A stretch of DNA of 33,771 bases from Octopus bimaculoides (lineage: Eukaryota). The translations under genes were made by a program, and so were the position numbers. Location: assembly GCF_001194135.2 (NCBI RefSeq), contig NC_069005.1, forward strand, positions 17,763,028 through 17,796,798, written 5' to 3'. Below the pieces are notes generated by a model. The model was not told the DNA's origin, searched no databases, and saw nothing but the letters and a program-made list of their open reading frames with translations. Every line of letters starts with the position of its first letter. The first letter of the stretch is position 1. Below, in pieces: positions 20,536 to 32,037 of the stretch.

Positions 20536-23500
20536 TTGCCAGGTTCCTCAAGCAAGATGTGTAGGTATAAAATCTTCCGGGAAGGTAACAGTGATGGGGT
20601 AGGACGTGTGGGCATACTTCGTGCAGAGAAATGGGTTGATAAAATCATAGAGGTAGTCAGAGTGAGTGATAGAGTACTTAACTGCAGGCTAGTCTTGTGG
20701 AATAGTACAGCAACAATTATCTCTGCTTATGCTCACCAGGCAGGGCTACCAAATGAGCAGAAGGACCGCTTTTATGATATCCTTCTGCAGGCTACCTCAA
20801 AGACAAATGACAAGCATCTCATCTTTGTGACTGGTGATTTCAATGGACATGTTGGGCAACAGTCAGGTACCTTCCATGGAGTACATGGGGTTAAGTAATA
20901 GGTTCCCAAAACGAAGAGGGAAGAAGGCTACTGGAATTCTGTGATGCAAATAACTTAAGGATCTCCAACACCAACTCCAGGAAGCCAGCCAGTCACCTGC
21001 TTACCTATCAACCAGGTGACCAGGCTAGCCAGATTGATTTCATTCGCACCAGACAGAGAGATATACGTTTGCTCGTAAACGCAAAGACCTTCCCTGGTAA
21101 CGAATGTACCCCACAGCATAGACTAGTCATCAGTGACTTTAGACTTCATGCCAGAAGGCTACCTAGAAGCAGAAAAGAAGGATCTGGAAGCTTAAGGATC
21201 AGAGACTTAAGATTTACATCAGAGATATAGATATGATCAGAGATTTAGGGACATCCTAATTGAGAAATTTGATGAGAAGAAAGATGAATTACAGACTTGT
21301 AACATAGAGGGCAACTGGGAATTCCTGTGGGACAGCTTGCTGAGTGCCACAGACCAAATCTGAGGCTGGTGCAAAGTCCCAACCAGACCTAGGGTGATGT
21401 TGTGGTGGAGCAATGCTGTAGACAAGGCCATTAGAGCAAAGAAACAGGCCTGGAAGGACTGGAAGAGTGGTGGTAGCAGTGAACTATATCAGGTAGCTAG
21501 GAGGGATCCTAGAAGACAGGTGTATTTAGCCAGGGGAGAAACAGAGAAGAGAAAGTTTGCCAATGTTCTGCGTCATGAGGACCAGAGGCTTGAAGCATTT
21601 TGGATTGTAAGACAGTGTGTCAGAGAAAATCGTGATGTGGTAGGAGAGAAATGTGTTCACATGGATGATGGTTCACTGGCAGTTAGTAACCCTGCAAAGA
21701 AGCAGGCTTGGAAGTGCCACTATGAAAGGCTACTAAATGTAGAGAACTCATGGGAGAGGGAAAGTCTGCCGTGTGTAGATCCAACAGAGGGACCAGTAAT
21801 CCAAACAGACAGTAGCATGGTAGACAAAGCCATGAAGGTTATGAAGACAAGAAAAGCCGCTGGCTTGTCTAGGACAACTGCTGAAATGCTTAAAATATCT
21901 GGCGATGTAGGTTATGGTCTAGTCACCTGTGCAGTTAATTAGGTTGTACACAAAGGAGTCATACCCCATCACTGGTGTAGCAGCACTGTAGTTAACTGAT
22001 ACAAAGGTAAAGGTAATGCCTTAGATAGAAATAATTACAGAGGTGTCAAATTATTGGATCATGTGATAAAAGTTGCAGAAAAGGTCATAGCCGAACTGAT
22101 TAGGGACAGGGTTAGTCTAGATGAGATGCAGTTTGGTTTTGTGCTAGGAAGAATCACCACTGATACAATATTTCTGGTAAGGCAGCTGCAGAGGTACCTA
22201 GCCAAAGACAAACCTCTGTATTTGGCTTTTGTTGACATAGAGAAAGCCTTTGACAGGGTTTCCAATCCTTTATCTGGTGGTCAATGAGGAAACTAGGGAT
22301 AGATGAGTGGTTGGTAAGAGCTGTACAAGCCATATACAGGGAACCTGTCAGTAAAGTGTAGGTTGCCAATGAGTATAGTGATGAATTCAGGGTACAATAG
22401 GGGTTCCCAGGGATAAATCCTCAGCCCCACTTGTTCATCATAGTCCTCTAGGCAATAACAGAGGAATTTAAAATGGGCTGCCCCTGAGAACTGCTCTATC
22501 CTGGTGACCTTGTTCTTTTAGCCGAATCACTACCAGAACTAGCAAAGAAGTTGCAGGTGTGGAAGCAAGGTCTAGAATCGAAGGGCCTTGGAGTTACCCT
22601 AGCAAAAACCAAAGTCTAAGTAAAAGAGCAGAAAATCACAAATCACCTCAGGTAGATGGCCTTGCTCAATCTGTAGGAAAGGTGTAGACAAAAACTCCAT
22701 AAGATGTATCTGGTGCAAGCTATGGACACATAAGAGGTGCAGCAATATTAGAGGGAGGTTAACTGGGAAAATAGGTTTTGCGTGTGGAAGGTGCACAGGT
22801 ACAATAAACACTAAAAATGTACAAAAAATAGACTCCATCAAATGCCAGTGGGGTAAGCAAGAGGTAGTTGATAGCTTCTGTTATCTAGGGTACCAAGTCA
22901 GTAGCGGAGATGGATGCTTTGAGAGCATAGCAGTGAGAATAAGAATAGTCTGGGCAAAGTTCAGGGAGTGCCTACCTCTGTTGGCAACAAAGGGCCTCTC
23001 CCTCAGAGAGAAAAAGCAGTCTGTATGATGCCTGTGTGTGAACAGCTGTGCTACACAGCTGTGAAACATGGGCTGTGGCCACAGGGGACATGTGTAGGCT
23101 TGAAAGAAATTAAGCAAGCATGCTTTGCTGGATGTGCAATGCCAGTGTGCATGTATGACAGATTGTAAGTGTCTTGAGAGAAAAGTTGGGGATAAGAAGC
23201 ATCAAATGTAGTGTGCAAGAGAGACGACTGCACTGGTATGATCATGTGATGCATATGGAAGAGGACAGCTGTGTAAGGAAGTACCAATCTCTAACCATGG
23301 AGGGAATCTGTGGAAGAGGTAGACTCAAGATATGGGACAAGGTGGTGAAGCATGATCTTTGAATGTTGGTCCTCAAGGAGGCAATGACTAGTGATCAAGA
23401 CCTTTGGCAATATGCCATGCTCAAGAAGACCCATCAAGCTAAGTGAAATTGTAAAAAAGCACCTGTCGAGTGCTGGGCCTCGTAGAGGCATTGTGTCTGA

Positions 23501-23934
23501 TGCCAATGTTGTGTACCTGGCACCCATGCCAGTGGCACATAAAAAGCACCTGTCAAGTGTTGAGCTTTACAGAAGTAATGTGGCCGATGCCAGTGGCACG
23601 AAACTGGCACTTTTTGAGTGTTGAGCCTCATGGAGGCAATGACAAATAACCAAGACCTTTGGCAATATGCTGTGCTTGAGAAGACCCATGAAGTCAAGTG
23701 AAATCGTAGTCGTAGCAGATACTGGTGTCATGCATCTGGCACCCGTGCCAGTGGCATGTAAAAGTAGCTATTACACTCTTGGGGTGGTTGATGTTAGGAA
23801 GGGCATCCTGTCATAGAAACCATGCCAAATCAGACTGGAGTCTAGCGCAGCCTTTCAACTTACCAATCCTGGTCAAACCATCCAACCCATGCCAGCATGG
23901 ACAATGGACATTAAACGATGATGATGATGATGAT
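20536..23934 (+). mobile_element. Long decayed RTE-clade LINE: APE, RT, PHD-like finger, repetitive 3' UTR and (GAT)n tail
   Basis: IISAYAHQAG...GDFNGHVG (APE), MQFGFV..TTDTIFLVRQLQ, DIEKAFDRV, CSIC...WTHKRC...CGRC, ERRLHWYDHV; 3' end ccatgccagcatgg...aaacgatgatgatgat. Confidence 0.93.
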
Positions 23935-24069
23935 TTCAAATAACATATACATATTGAATTGTGTGCATACATGTACAAGTGTCTACAACATCAACAGCTT
24001 AACTAAATTATCAACAGATTGACATCTTCCAAATATGGTAGGAGTGTTTGTCATTCTGAAATTACTTTT

Positions 24070-24320
24070 ATTGCTGGTGTCACTAGAAAAACATTTTCTG
24101 CTATTGTTTATAGTGGCTCTTTTGGACATGCCCTCTGTTGTACAGTCAGCCACTCCCACCAGCTATTCTGATGATACAACAGTACCTCAGGTGGTCGAGG
24201 ATCCTGATGACATACTAAAATTGCAAAATGACCCACATGCAATATACAAATGGGCAGATGAAAATAAATGCAGTTCAATGTTGATAAATTTCAAGCACTC
24301 AACTATCAGCCCACAGACTA
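24070..24320 (+). mobile_element. CR1/L2/Jockey-group LINE RT C-terminal remnant
   Basis: LFIVALLDMP...SYSDDTT...KLQNDPHAIYKWADEN..QFNVDKF matches the YADD / LQxDL..W..N.M.FN..K pattern. Confidence 0.7.
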
Positions 24321-24484
24321 TAATTGGTAGCAGCAGAACACCAGACATAGGAGCTTGATGCAGTCCTTTAGTTTGTCAGATTTTGTCAAACCATCAAGTT
24401 TATACCAGCATTGGAAAACTGATGTTAAATGATGATGATAACGATGACAGAGGTGATTTAGATTTAAATGAAAATATGACTTAC

Positions 24485-24591
24485 CCATGGAGAAATGCAT
24501 GATCAAGATGTTCACATAACCGATGACAATGCCATGTGTTGTTAGTCAACACTATCTCAGATTCACCACTGCATAACTGGTATTCATGGAT
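24485..24591 (-). CDS. PLEKHM2: PLEKHM2/SKIP-like RUN-domain gene, most 5' internal coding exon found (107 nt)
   Basis: Acceptor atttttcag|ATC, donor GG|gtaagt. Translates IHEYQLCSGESEIVLTNNTWHCHRLCEHLDHAFLHG; RLCEHLDHAFLHG matches the PLEKHM2 RUN motif RLCEHLDHALLYG as I recall it. The phase-2 end fits the next exon. Confidence 0.9.
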
Positions 24592-24638
24592 CTGAAAAAT
24601 AATGCATGCAAATTGATGAAACAAAATATTCAATGCAA

Positions 24639-24972
24639 TTCTTTTACTTGTTTCAGTCATTTGACTGCGGCTATGCTGGAGCACTGCCTTTAGTCAAACA
24701 AATCGACCCTGGGACTTATTCTATCGGCATCTCTTGCCGAACTGCTAAGTTACAGGGACGTAAACACACCAGCATCAGTTGTCAAGTGAAGGTGAGGGCA
24801 CAAACATAGACACACAAACACTCACAAGACATATAAATATATATACAACAGGCTTCTTTCAGTTTCCATCTACCAAATCCACTCACAAGGCTTTGGTTGG
24901 CCCGAGGCCATAGCAGAAGACACTTGCCCAAGGTGCCATGCAGTGGGACTGAACCTGGAACCATGTGGTTGG
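24639..24972 (-). mobile_element. SINE of the 2289 family, 5' end lost near the gap, ~50 nt from the exon acceptor
   Basis: High similarity to 2289-2655 across all modules. Confidence 0.85.
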
Positions 24973-25867
24973 TGAGATGGTGATGATGATGTGGAGAGGN
25001 NNNNNNNNNNNNNNNNNNNNNNNNNNNNNNNNNNNNNNNNNNNNNNNNNNNNNNNNNNNNNNNNNNNNNNNNNNNNNNNNNNNNNNNNNNNNNNNNNNNN
25101 NNNNNNNNNNNNNNNNNNNNNNNNNNNNNNNNNNNNNNNNNNNNNNNNNNNNNNNNNNNNNNNNNNNNNNNNNNNNNNNNNNNNNNNNNNNNNNNNNNNN
25201 NNNNNNNNNNNNNNNNNNNNNNNNNNNNNNNNNNNNNNNNNNNNNNNNNNNNNNNNNNNNNNNNNNNNNNNNNNNNNNNNNNNNNNNNNNNNNNNNNNNN
25301 NNNNNNNNNNNNNNNNNNNNNNNNNNNNNNNNNNNNNNNNNNNNNNNNNNNNNNNNNNNNNNNNNNNNNNNNNNNNNNNNNNNNNNNNNNNNNNNNNNNN
25401 NNNNNNNNNNNNNNNNNNNNNNNNNNNNNNNNNNNNNNNNNNNNNNNNNNNNNNNNNNNNNNNNNNNNNNNNNNNNNNNNNNNNNNNNNNNNNNNNNNNN
25501 NNNNNNNNNNNNNNNNNNNNNNNNNNNNNNNNNNNNNNNNNNNNNNNNNNNNNNNNNNNNNNNNNNNNNNNNNNNNNNNNNNNNNNNNNNNNNNNNNNNN
25601 NNNNNNNNNNNNNNNNNNNNNNNNNNNNNNNNNNNNNNNNNNNNNNNNNNNNNNNNNNNNNNNNNNNNNNNNNNNNNNNNNNNNNNNNNNNNNNNNNNNN
25701 NNNNNNNNNNNNNNNNNNNNNNNNNNNNNNNNNNNNNNNNNNNNNNNNNNNNNNNNNNNNNNNNNNNNNNNNNNNNNNNNNNNNNNNNNNNNNNNNNNNN
25801 NNNNNNNNNNNNNNNNNNNNNNNNNNNNNNNNNNNNNNNNNNNNNNNNNNNNNNNNNNNNNNNNNNN

Positions 25868-26189
25868 AGCTTTGACCCAGACTGCCTTCTTCCATCTGGG
25901 GAGATATATCTTGGAAATCTGCTGGCTCAATGGTTTCCCTTCATGGCAGAATTAATAATAGTCAAGACTATTTAAACATTTTATCTGATCAAATTCATCC
26001 TATGGTTGTGGAACTGTTTCCAGAGGGAAACACAATCTTTCAGGATGATGATGCACCAATTCATATAGCTAAAGTTGTGACTAAATAGCACAACGAACAT
26101 TCTAATGAAGCTGAACATCTTATCTGGCCATCACAGTCTCCAGATCTCAATATTATTGAACATTTATGGTGCATTTTAGAAAAACAAGT
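25868..26189 (+). mobile_element. Tc1-family transposase fragment (DD34E region)
   Basis: WGDISWKSAG...DYLNILSDQIHPMV...IFQDDDAPIH...[22 protein letters not shown]; one in-frame stop. Confidence 0.88.
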
Positions 26190-27133
26190 TGCCCCTCCTA
26201 ACACCAATCACTCTGAGAGTGTAGTGGATGCTTATTACATGCCACTGGCACAGGAGCCATTCAGGTGGGCCTCACATTGATCACATTCGTATATTGCTTT
26301 TTAAGTGCCACCAGCACAGGGGCCAGTCAGGAGGTACTAGCATCGGCCATGTTTGGATGGTGCTTTTTACATGTCATTAGCATGGGAGCCAGTCAGTGTA
26401 TTATGGTTCGATTTCGATTTGGTTTGATTTCGATTTCAATTCACTTGCCTCAACAGGTCTTCGCAAGTAGAGTTTAGTGTCCAATGAAGTAAAGATACGA
26501 ATAAGTGAGCTGGTTACACTTCTGGCAGAGGCCACAGATTATGCACTCACTTGGCTTGCCGGGTCTTCTCACGCACAGCATATTTCCAAAGGTCCCGGTC
26601 ACTAGTCATTGCCTCAGTGAGGCCTAATGCTCGAAGGTCATGCTTCACCACCTCATCCCAGGTCTTCCTGGGTCTACCTCTTCCACAGATTCCCTCAATC
26701 GCTAGGGTGTGGTACTTTTTCACACAGCTATCCTCATCCATTCTTGCCACATGACCATACCAGCACAATCGTCTCTCTTGCACACCACAACTGATGCTTC
26801 TTAGGTCAAACTTTTCTCTCAAGGTACTTACACTCTGTCGAGTATGCACACTGACATTACACATCCATCAGAGTATACTGGCTTCATTTCTTGCGAGCTT
26901 ACGCATGTCCTCAGCAGTCACAGCCCAAGTTTCACTGCCATATATCATGGCTGTTCGTACACATGTGTCATACAATCTGCCTTTTACTCTACTCTGAGCA
27001 AGAGGCCCTTTGTCACCAGCAGAGGTAAGAGCTCTCTGAACTTTGCCCAGGCTATTCTTATTCTAGCAGCTATACTTTCAATGCACCCTCCCCCGCTACT
27101 AACTTGGTCACCTAGATAGCGGAAGCTATCAAC
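26190..27133 (-). mobile_element. 5'-truncated RTE LINE (thumb/C-terminus and 3' UTR)
   Basis: ORF 26547-26864: ERRLCWYGHVARMDEDSCVKK...GRGRPRKTWDEVVKHDL; upstream SFRYLGDQVSSGGG...RIAWAKFRELLPLL. Confidence 0.9.
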
Positions 27134-27199
27134 TAATATACATTTAGGTTATGAGTGATAGTGGTCTCAATTAGACCCAGAGGTTTCAGGTAATGCTGA

Positions 27200-28760
27200 G
27201 TAAGTGCTATGGATAGACTATAGTCAAGGGCATTTCAACCCGCATATCTGACCTCTCTTCCACTGAAGAAATTTTTTATAATCACGCACCATACTATAAT
27301 CAAGCACTCGCCGCTAGCAGATTTTCCCAACAAATAGAATACATAGGCTCAAAAAATACATATCTCAAATCACATCCCAAACAAGCACCAACCATCACAA
27401 TCACAATCAACAACACACACTCGTCGATGGAACCCTAGAAGGTCTTGTACCTAGACAACCTAGACCCCACACACATTCATTTAATACTAGGTCAAAGAAA
27501 ACAACTAAAATTGCTAACAATAGCAGGCCTTGCCACCCACATACCTTCCCCAAAAATATAGATAGCATTCCTTTACCTAAAAACTTAGATAACACGACTC
27601 CTAGACCCCCTAAAAAAAGTGGCGGACACTCTATTCTGTGGTACACACCCCCATTCACACTTAACATTAAGAACTTAGCTAAATCCTTCTTTAAAATACT
27701 AGACTCTAACTTTCCTCGACAACATAAATATCATTCTATCATTAATCGATCCACCCTGAAACTATCTTATTCTACTTCGAATCAACTTCGAATCAATTAT
27801 AGCAGCCTCTAATAAGCAAAAGCTATCTCTTTACTATCAAAACTCACATAACTACAACTCCAGTCATATGAACACTCAACACACGCACAGCTCCAGCACA
27901 GATACCCTTACATTAGACCACAACCACAACCCAACCCATCCTACTGACACTGCTCGGAACACCGCCACAATCTCTACTACTCTTACAAATAGTGCAATTA
28001 ATAGCAACAATAGTAATAATAGCAAAGTTGGTAATGATAACGTTAATAATACTAATAATATAGAATCTTCTACCCACTTCTATAACCTCTCCTCTGACGA
28101 TACTTCCTCCTCTATTACTGAGCACAGACTCCAAAACTCACCTAATTGTAATTGTTGTCCTGGAACCACCTTCCCATTACAAACCCATTGCAGAAGATAT
28201 AATGTAATTTACAAATGCACTTTCTTAATCTATTACACAACTCCACAGCCATATACATAGGATCAACCTAAAATTTTAAGCAGCGATATGCTATTCACCT
28301 CCATTCTTTTAGATACGATAAACATAGTAAATATACAACACTTGCCAACCACATACATCATCTCAAAAATACAAATATACCCTATACTCTATCATACTCC
28401 ATAGTGGATTCAGGGCTTCCCTACCGAGGTCAACGCTCAATCTGCAAGTTTTGCCTAAAGGAGGCACTTCACATATTAAAGCACAACTCTCCAGCTCTGC
28501 TAAATAAACATAATGAGGCACTAAACACATGTAATCACCGCTTTTTCCACACATTCAAATTCTACCACAAATCCAAATGCCAAAATGACCATACAGTACA
28601 TTTCCACAATACCCCTTAGGTAATCCCTATGAAAGCAATTAAATGAATAAACAGACGGATAAAAATTCCGCTTATTAACAGCTTTAAGAAACACAACATT
28701 TCCTGTCTCCATAAAATTGGACATACTTTTTCCAAATACCACTAGAACCTAGTATTAAAA
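27200..28760 (+). mobile_element. Decayed Penelope-like element, Naiad-type RT thumb/linker and GIY-YIG endonuclease
   Basis: RISDLSSTEEIF...YNQAL; ILWYTPPF...FNR-like INRSTLKLSYST; CNC...FPL..C...NVIYK...YIGST..FKQRY..H...TTLANH...CKFCLKE..HIL...LLNKHNE...CNH. Subgroup assignment from remembered motif patterns. Confidence 0.8.
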
Positions 28761-28949
28761 CACCCCGACTGACATAATAATAATAAATATTATTACAGTT
28801 ATTATTGTTACTATACTATATTGTATTATATAATATATGATAATTATGCAGATATATAGATAGATATATAAAAGAAGGTATACATTAAATTAGCAATAAT
28901 TATATACATGTATGTATCTGTGAGTATATATTACTATTGTTGCTACTTT

Positions 28950-29013
28950 TGTATTTATATATATATGTATATATGTGTGTATATGTGTGTATATGTGTAT
29001 ATTTATGCACACA

Positions 29014-29055
<42 letters not shown>

Positions 29056-29100
29056 TATATATATTTATGTATGTATGCATATATGTAGGTTTAGGTTGCA

Positions 29101-29143
<43 letters not shown>

Positions 29144-29390
29144 TATACATACTTGTGTATGTGTATATTTGTGTATGCACGCACATATATGTAGGTTTAG
29201 GTAGATATGTATATGTTTGTTTTCTGCTGGTACCTATATGTGTGTGTGGGTATATACATGTGTATGTATGTATGTATGTATATGTATGTATATGTGTGTG
29301 TGTGTGTGTATGTGGTTGTATATATATGTATGCATGTATGTATGTATGTATGTATTGTATGTGCATATATATGGATGTAGACAGTGACAT
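28950..29390. repeat. Compound (AT)n/(GT)n/(ATGT)n microsatellite field
   Basis: Directly visible. Similar fields at 5010-5375, 30173-30315 and 31160-31312. Confidence 0.95.
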
Positions 29391-30170
29391 GCAACCCCAT
29401 TACAAAACCAATAAATTGACTGATTGATTAAATAATGGACCTAAATTTTTGAATATATCATATATTTTTTAAAATTTAGACCTCAACAACCTAGACTTGC
29501 CTCTCTTCATTCTATTTCTAACACCACACCTTTTAAATATAACACTGAAAGCAATTAAATGAATAAACAGACGGATAAATATTTAAAGGACTGAGTAAAT
29601 GATGGTTATATTAATTAAGTGACTTAGCACTATTACATGGAGGCTTGCATTTGAGGCATTTTGGCAGATAAAAATAGAATTTAAACACAATTTTAGCAAT
29701 AAATAGCAACAATTTAGTAAAATGTAGGTATATATATAAAAGAGAATATATAAGGATATATATTGAGTTGGTTAATTAAAAGAGAATATATAAAAAAAGA
29801 TATATATTAAGTTGGTTCATTAATTTACTAACTAAACACTGTTGCATGGAGAATTACAATTTATGCATTCTATCGGAGAATACATTTAAAGTATTATAAC
29901 TTTAGTGATAGACAACAAATTAGTGAAATAACTTATAGTCACTTTTGCTATTTTGTCCCTTATTTGAATTTGGTCCGAATAACTTCCAACATATAGTTTT
30001 AACCATATATCACCCGTATAATTTAGTAAATATATAAATGATTCCCCTAATAAAACAGATACATGTAATATTATATACTTTCTTTTAATAAATTTGTAAT
30101 AACTTATCTTTCATAGGCATTATATTAGAACAATACCTACTTAGTAATAATGCTGTAGCCTAAAATTCTA

Positions 30171-30201
<31 letters not shown>

Positions 30202-30268
30202 CACGTATGTATGTGTATGTATGTATATATGTATGTATGTGTGTGTTATGTATGTGTGTGTTATGTTT

Positions 30269-30317
<49 letters not shown>

Positions 30318-30646
30318 AATTCATCCACATTTTGTTTTTACTTTACTTAGATACATTTTTTCACATAGTTTTGCCTGATTTGTAGTTTATCTTATCGGTT
30401 ATCTATTAACCAACCATAACAAAGTCATGGCCTTTCAAAACAATAGATGACCAATTATATTATGGGACTGACTGTAACCCCCTCCCCACTTCCCATAAGA
30501 TTTAAGCTACTCGATAAATAAAAAATAACGGAAAATAATAAAGTCTCTTGATTAATACCCGGAAATTTATTTCTTTTAGTATCAATTAATAAGTGTGTAT
30601 ATGTGTATGTATTTGTATTTATAACTTAAACCTTATGAACTTTCTA

Positions 30647-30775
30647 AACTCTCTGATGAAGCCCAGAGACACACCCCAAGTACCTAAATCTTATCTACCA
30701 GATACTTCAGTTCACTGAAGGGATATAAGTAGATTGGGGTACTTGGCCCTTTGACTGAAACAGCTGTAAGATATT
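30647..30775 (+). ncRNA. Type I hammerhead-like motif with ~97-nt hairpin-extended stem II (partly degenerate)
   Basis: TCT-CTGATGA(30653-59)...GAAAC(30757-61)-AGCT-GT-A(30768)-AGA. The insert folds as CCAAGTACC/GGTACTTGG, AATCT/AGATT and CTTCAG-ttca-CTGAAG. Confidence 0.65.
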
Positions 30776-31264
30776 ATCCTATCTTTTGTGATCTATGTTA
30801 TATATTTTAATAATTACTGGTATTTTTGGTATTTTTATATATTGTATATGTAAAGAATATTATGCTATACAGGTAAATTGTTATAATGGTTTTTTTTTTT
30901 AATGAATAAATAGACATAATATAATGTCTAAAAGTTGATGAATACCACCACTTGATTCCCTCCATTTTCTTATTGCTGTATAAATTAAGGGTAAAACAAC
31001 TTTTTACCCTCGCCCATTTATTATATCCAGTAGTGTAATTACCATGCAAATAAAAAAAAATCACTTGTGTATTAATAATTGTGTTTTCTACCAGCAGTAT
31101 ATTGGAGAGATATTATCCCTTAGTCGGTTGGATTAACAACCTCTAACTCTTTTGGAATTATATATATATATATATATATGTATATTTAAATGTATGGATA
31201 TCTGAACATATATGTATGCAGAGGCATACACCTCTGTATACATGAGGATGAAGTTGCATGCATA

Positions 31265-31309
<45 letters not shown>

Positions 31310-31312
<3 letters not shown>

Positions 31313-31355
31313 TAATTAAGGGATCAGCAAATATTTGCTGATCCCTTAATTATGT
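31310..31355. repeat. Perfect 46-bp palindrome with no spacer
   Basis: ACATAATTAAGGGATCAGCAAAT|ATTTGCTGATCCCTTAATTATGT. Confidence 0.97.
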
Positions 31356-32037
31356 TTATAAATATATATGAGCTTTTAAATAAGTTCTCCACCAATAATG
31401 GTGCTTTCATACCGATAGGCTTGGTAAAAATTATTAATTGTTAATTGATTTATTAATTAATAAATTGATAATCCTTTACCCTTTTAATTTGTAATATATA
31501 TATATATATATATACATACAGATGTGTGTCAGGGTCTGTGTGTGTATGACTACATACTTGCACATTTGTTTGTGTCTGTATGGGCATGTACATATACATG
31601 TTTGTGTGAGTGTATACGTATGCAGATGTTATGAACGCAGGAGGTTTTATGTCTATGTATTATGAGAATATGGTTGCATGTATTTTTTATCTTCTATATT
31701 TTTTCCTACCTATTAGAGTAACTTCCCTTATATTTGTAGTGCACACTTGAGTGAAATTCCTCTCCTCTCTATTATATATACATACATACAAACGTAGTAG
31801 ATAACAGCTAGCTTTTGGCCACATTTTGGACCCTGTTGTGTCCACTACTCTGATTGGTTGGTATTGTCGCAATTTGTCTCTTGCTCTATTGTGCACCAAT
31901 ATGCAACCCAACCAATCGCAGCCTTCAAATAAAGTCACTTGTGACAGCATGTTTTTCTACCTCAGCTGAGCCTACAACTCCTTATTAAAAACCTAACTTT
32001 TCCTCGTCTCAATGTCATTCGGTTCCAGACCTTTTAA

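Noticed and set aside
24782-25975. Four ORFs of 294-382 aa
   Set aside because: Almost entirely the 25000-25867 gap; the flanks are SINE and Tc1 sequence.
29890-29995. Minus-strand frame ...DQIQIRDKIAK considered as the missing PLEKHM2 first exon; RDNIS at ~31090-31110 and KDRII at ~30770-30790 also considered
   Set aside because: No suitable ATG plus phase-0 donor and poor match to the expected KDRILENIS-type motif. The first exon is probably beyond 33771 or too divergent to see.
28908-30385. Many Y/I/C/V/M/H/T-rich ORFs (also at 3737-5274 and 16848-17182)
   Set aside because: Translations of AT/GT/ATGT microsatellites with no coding signal.
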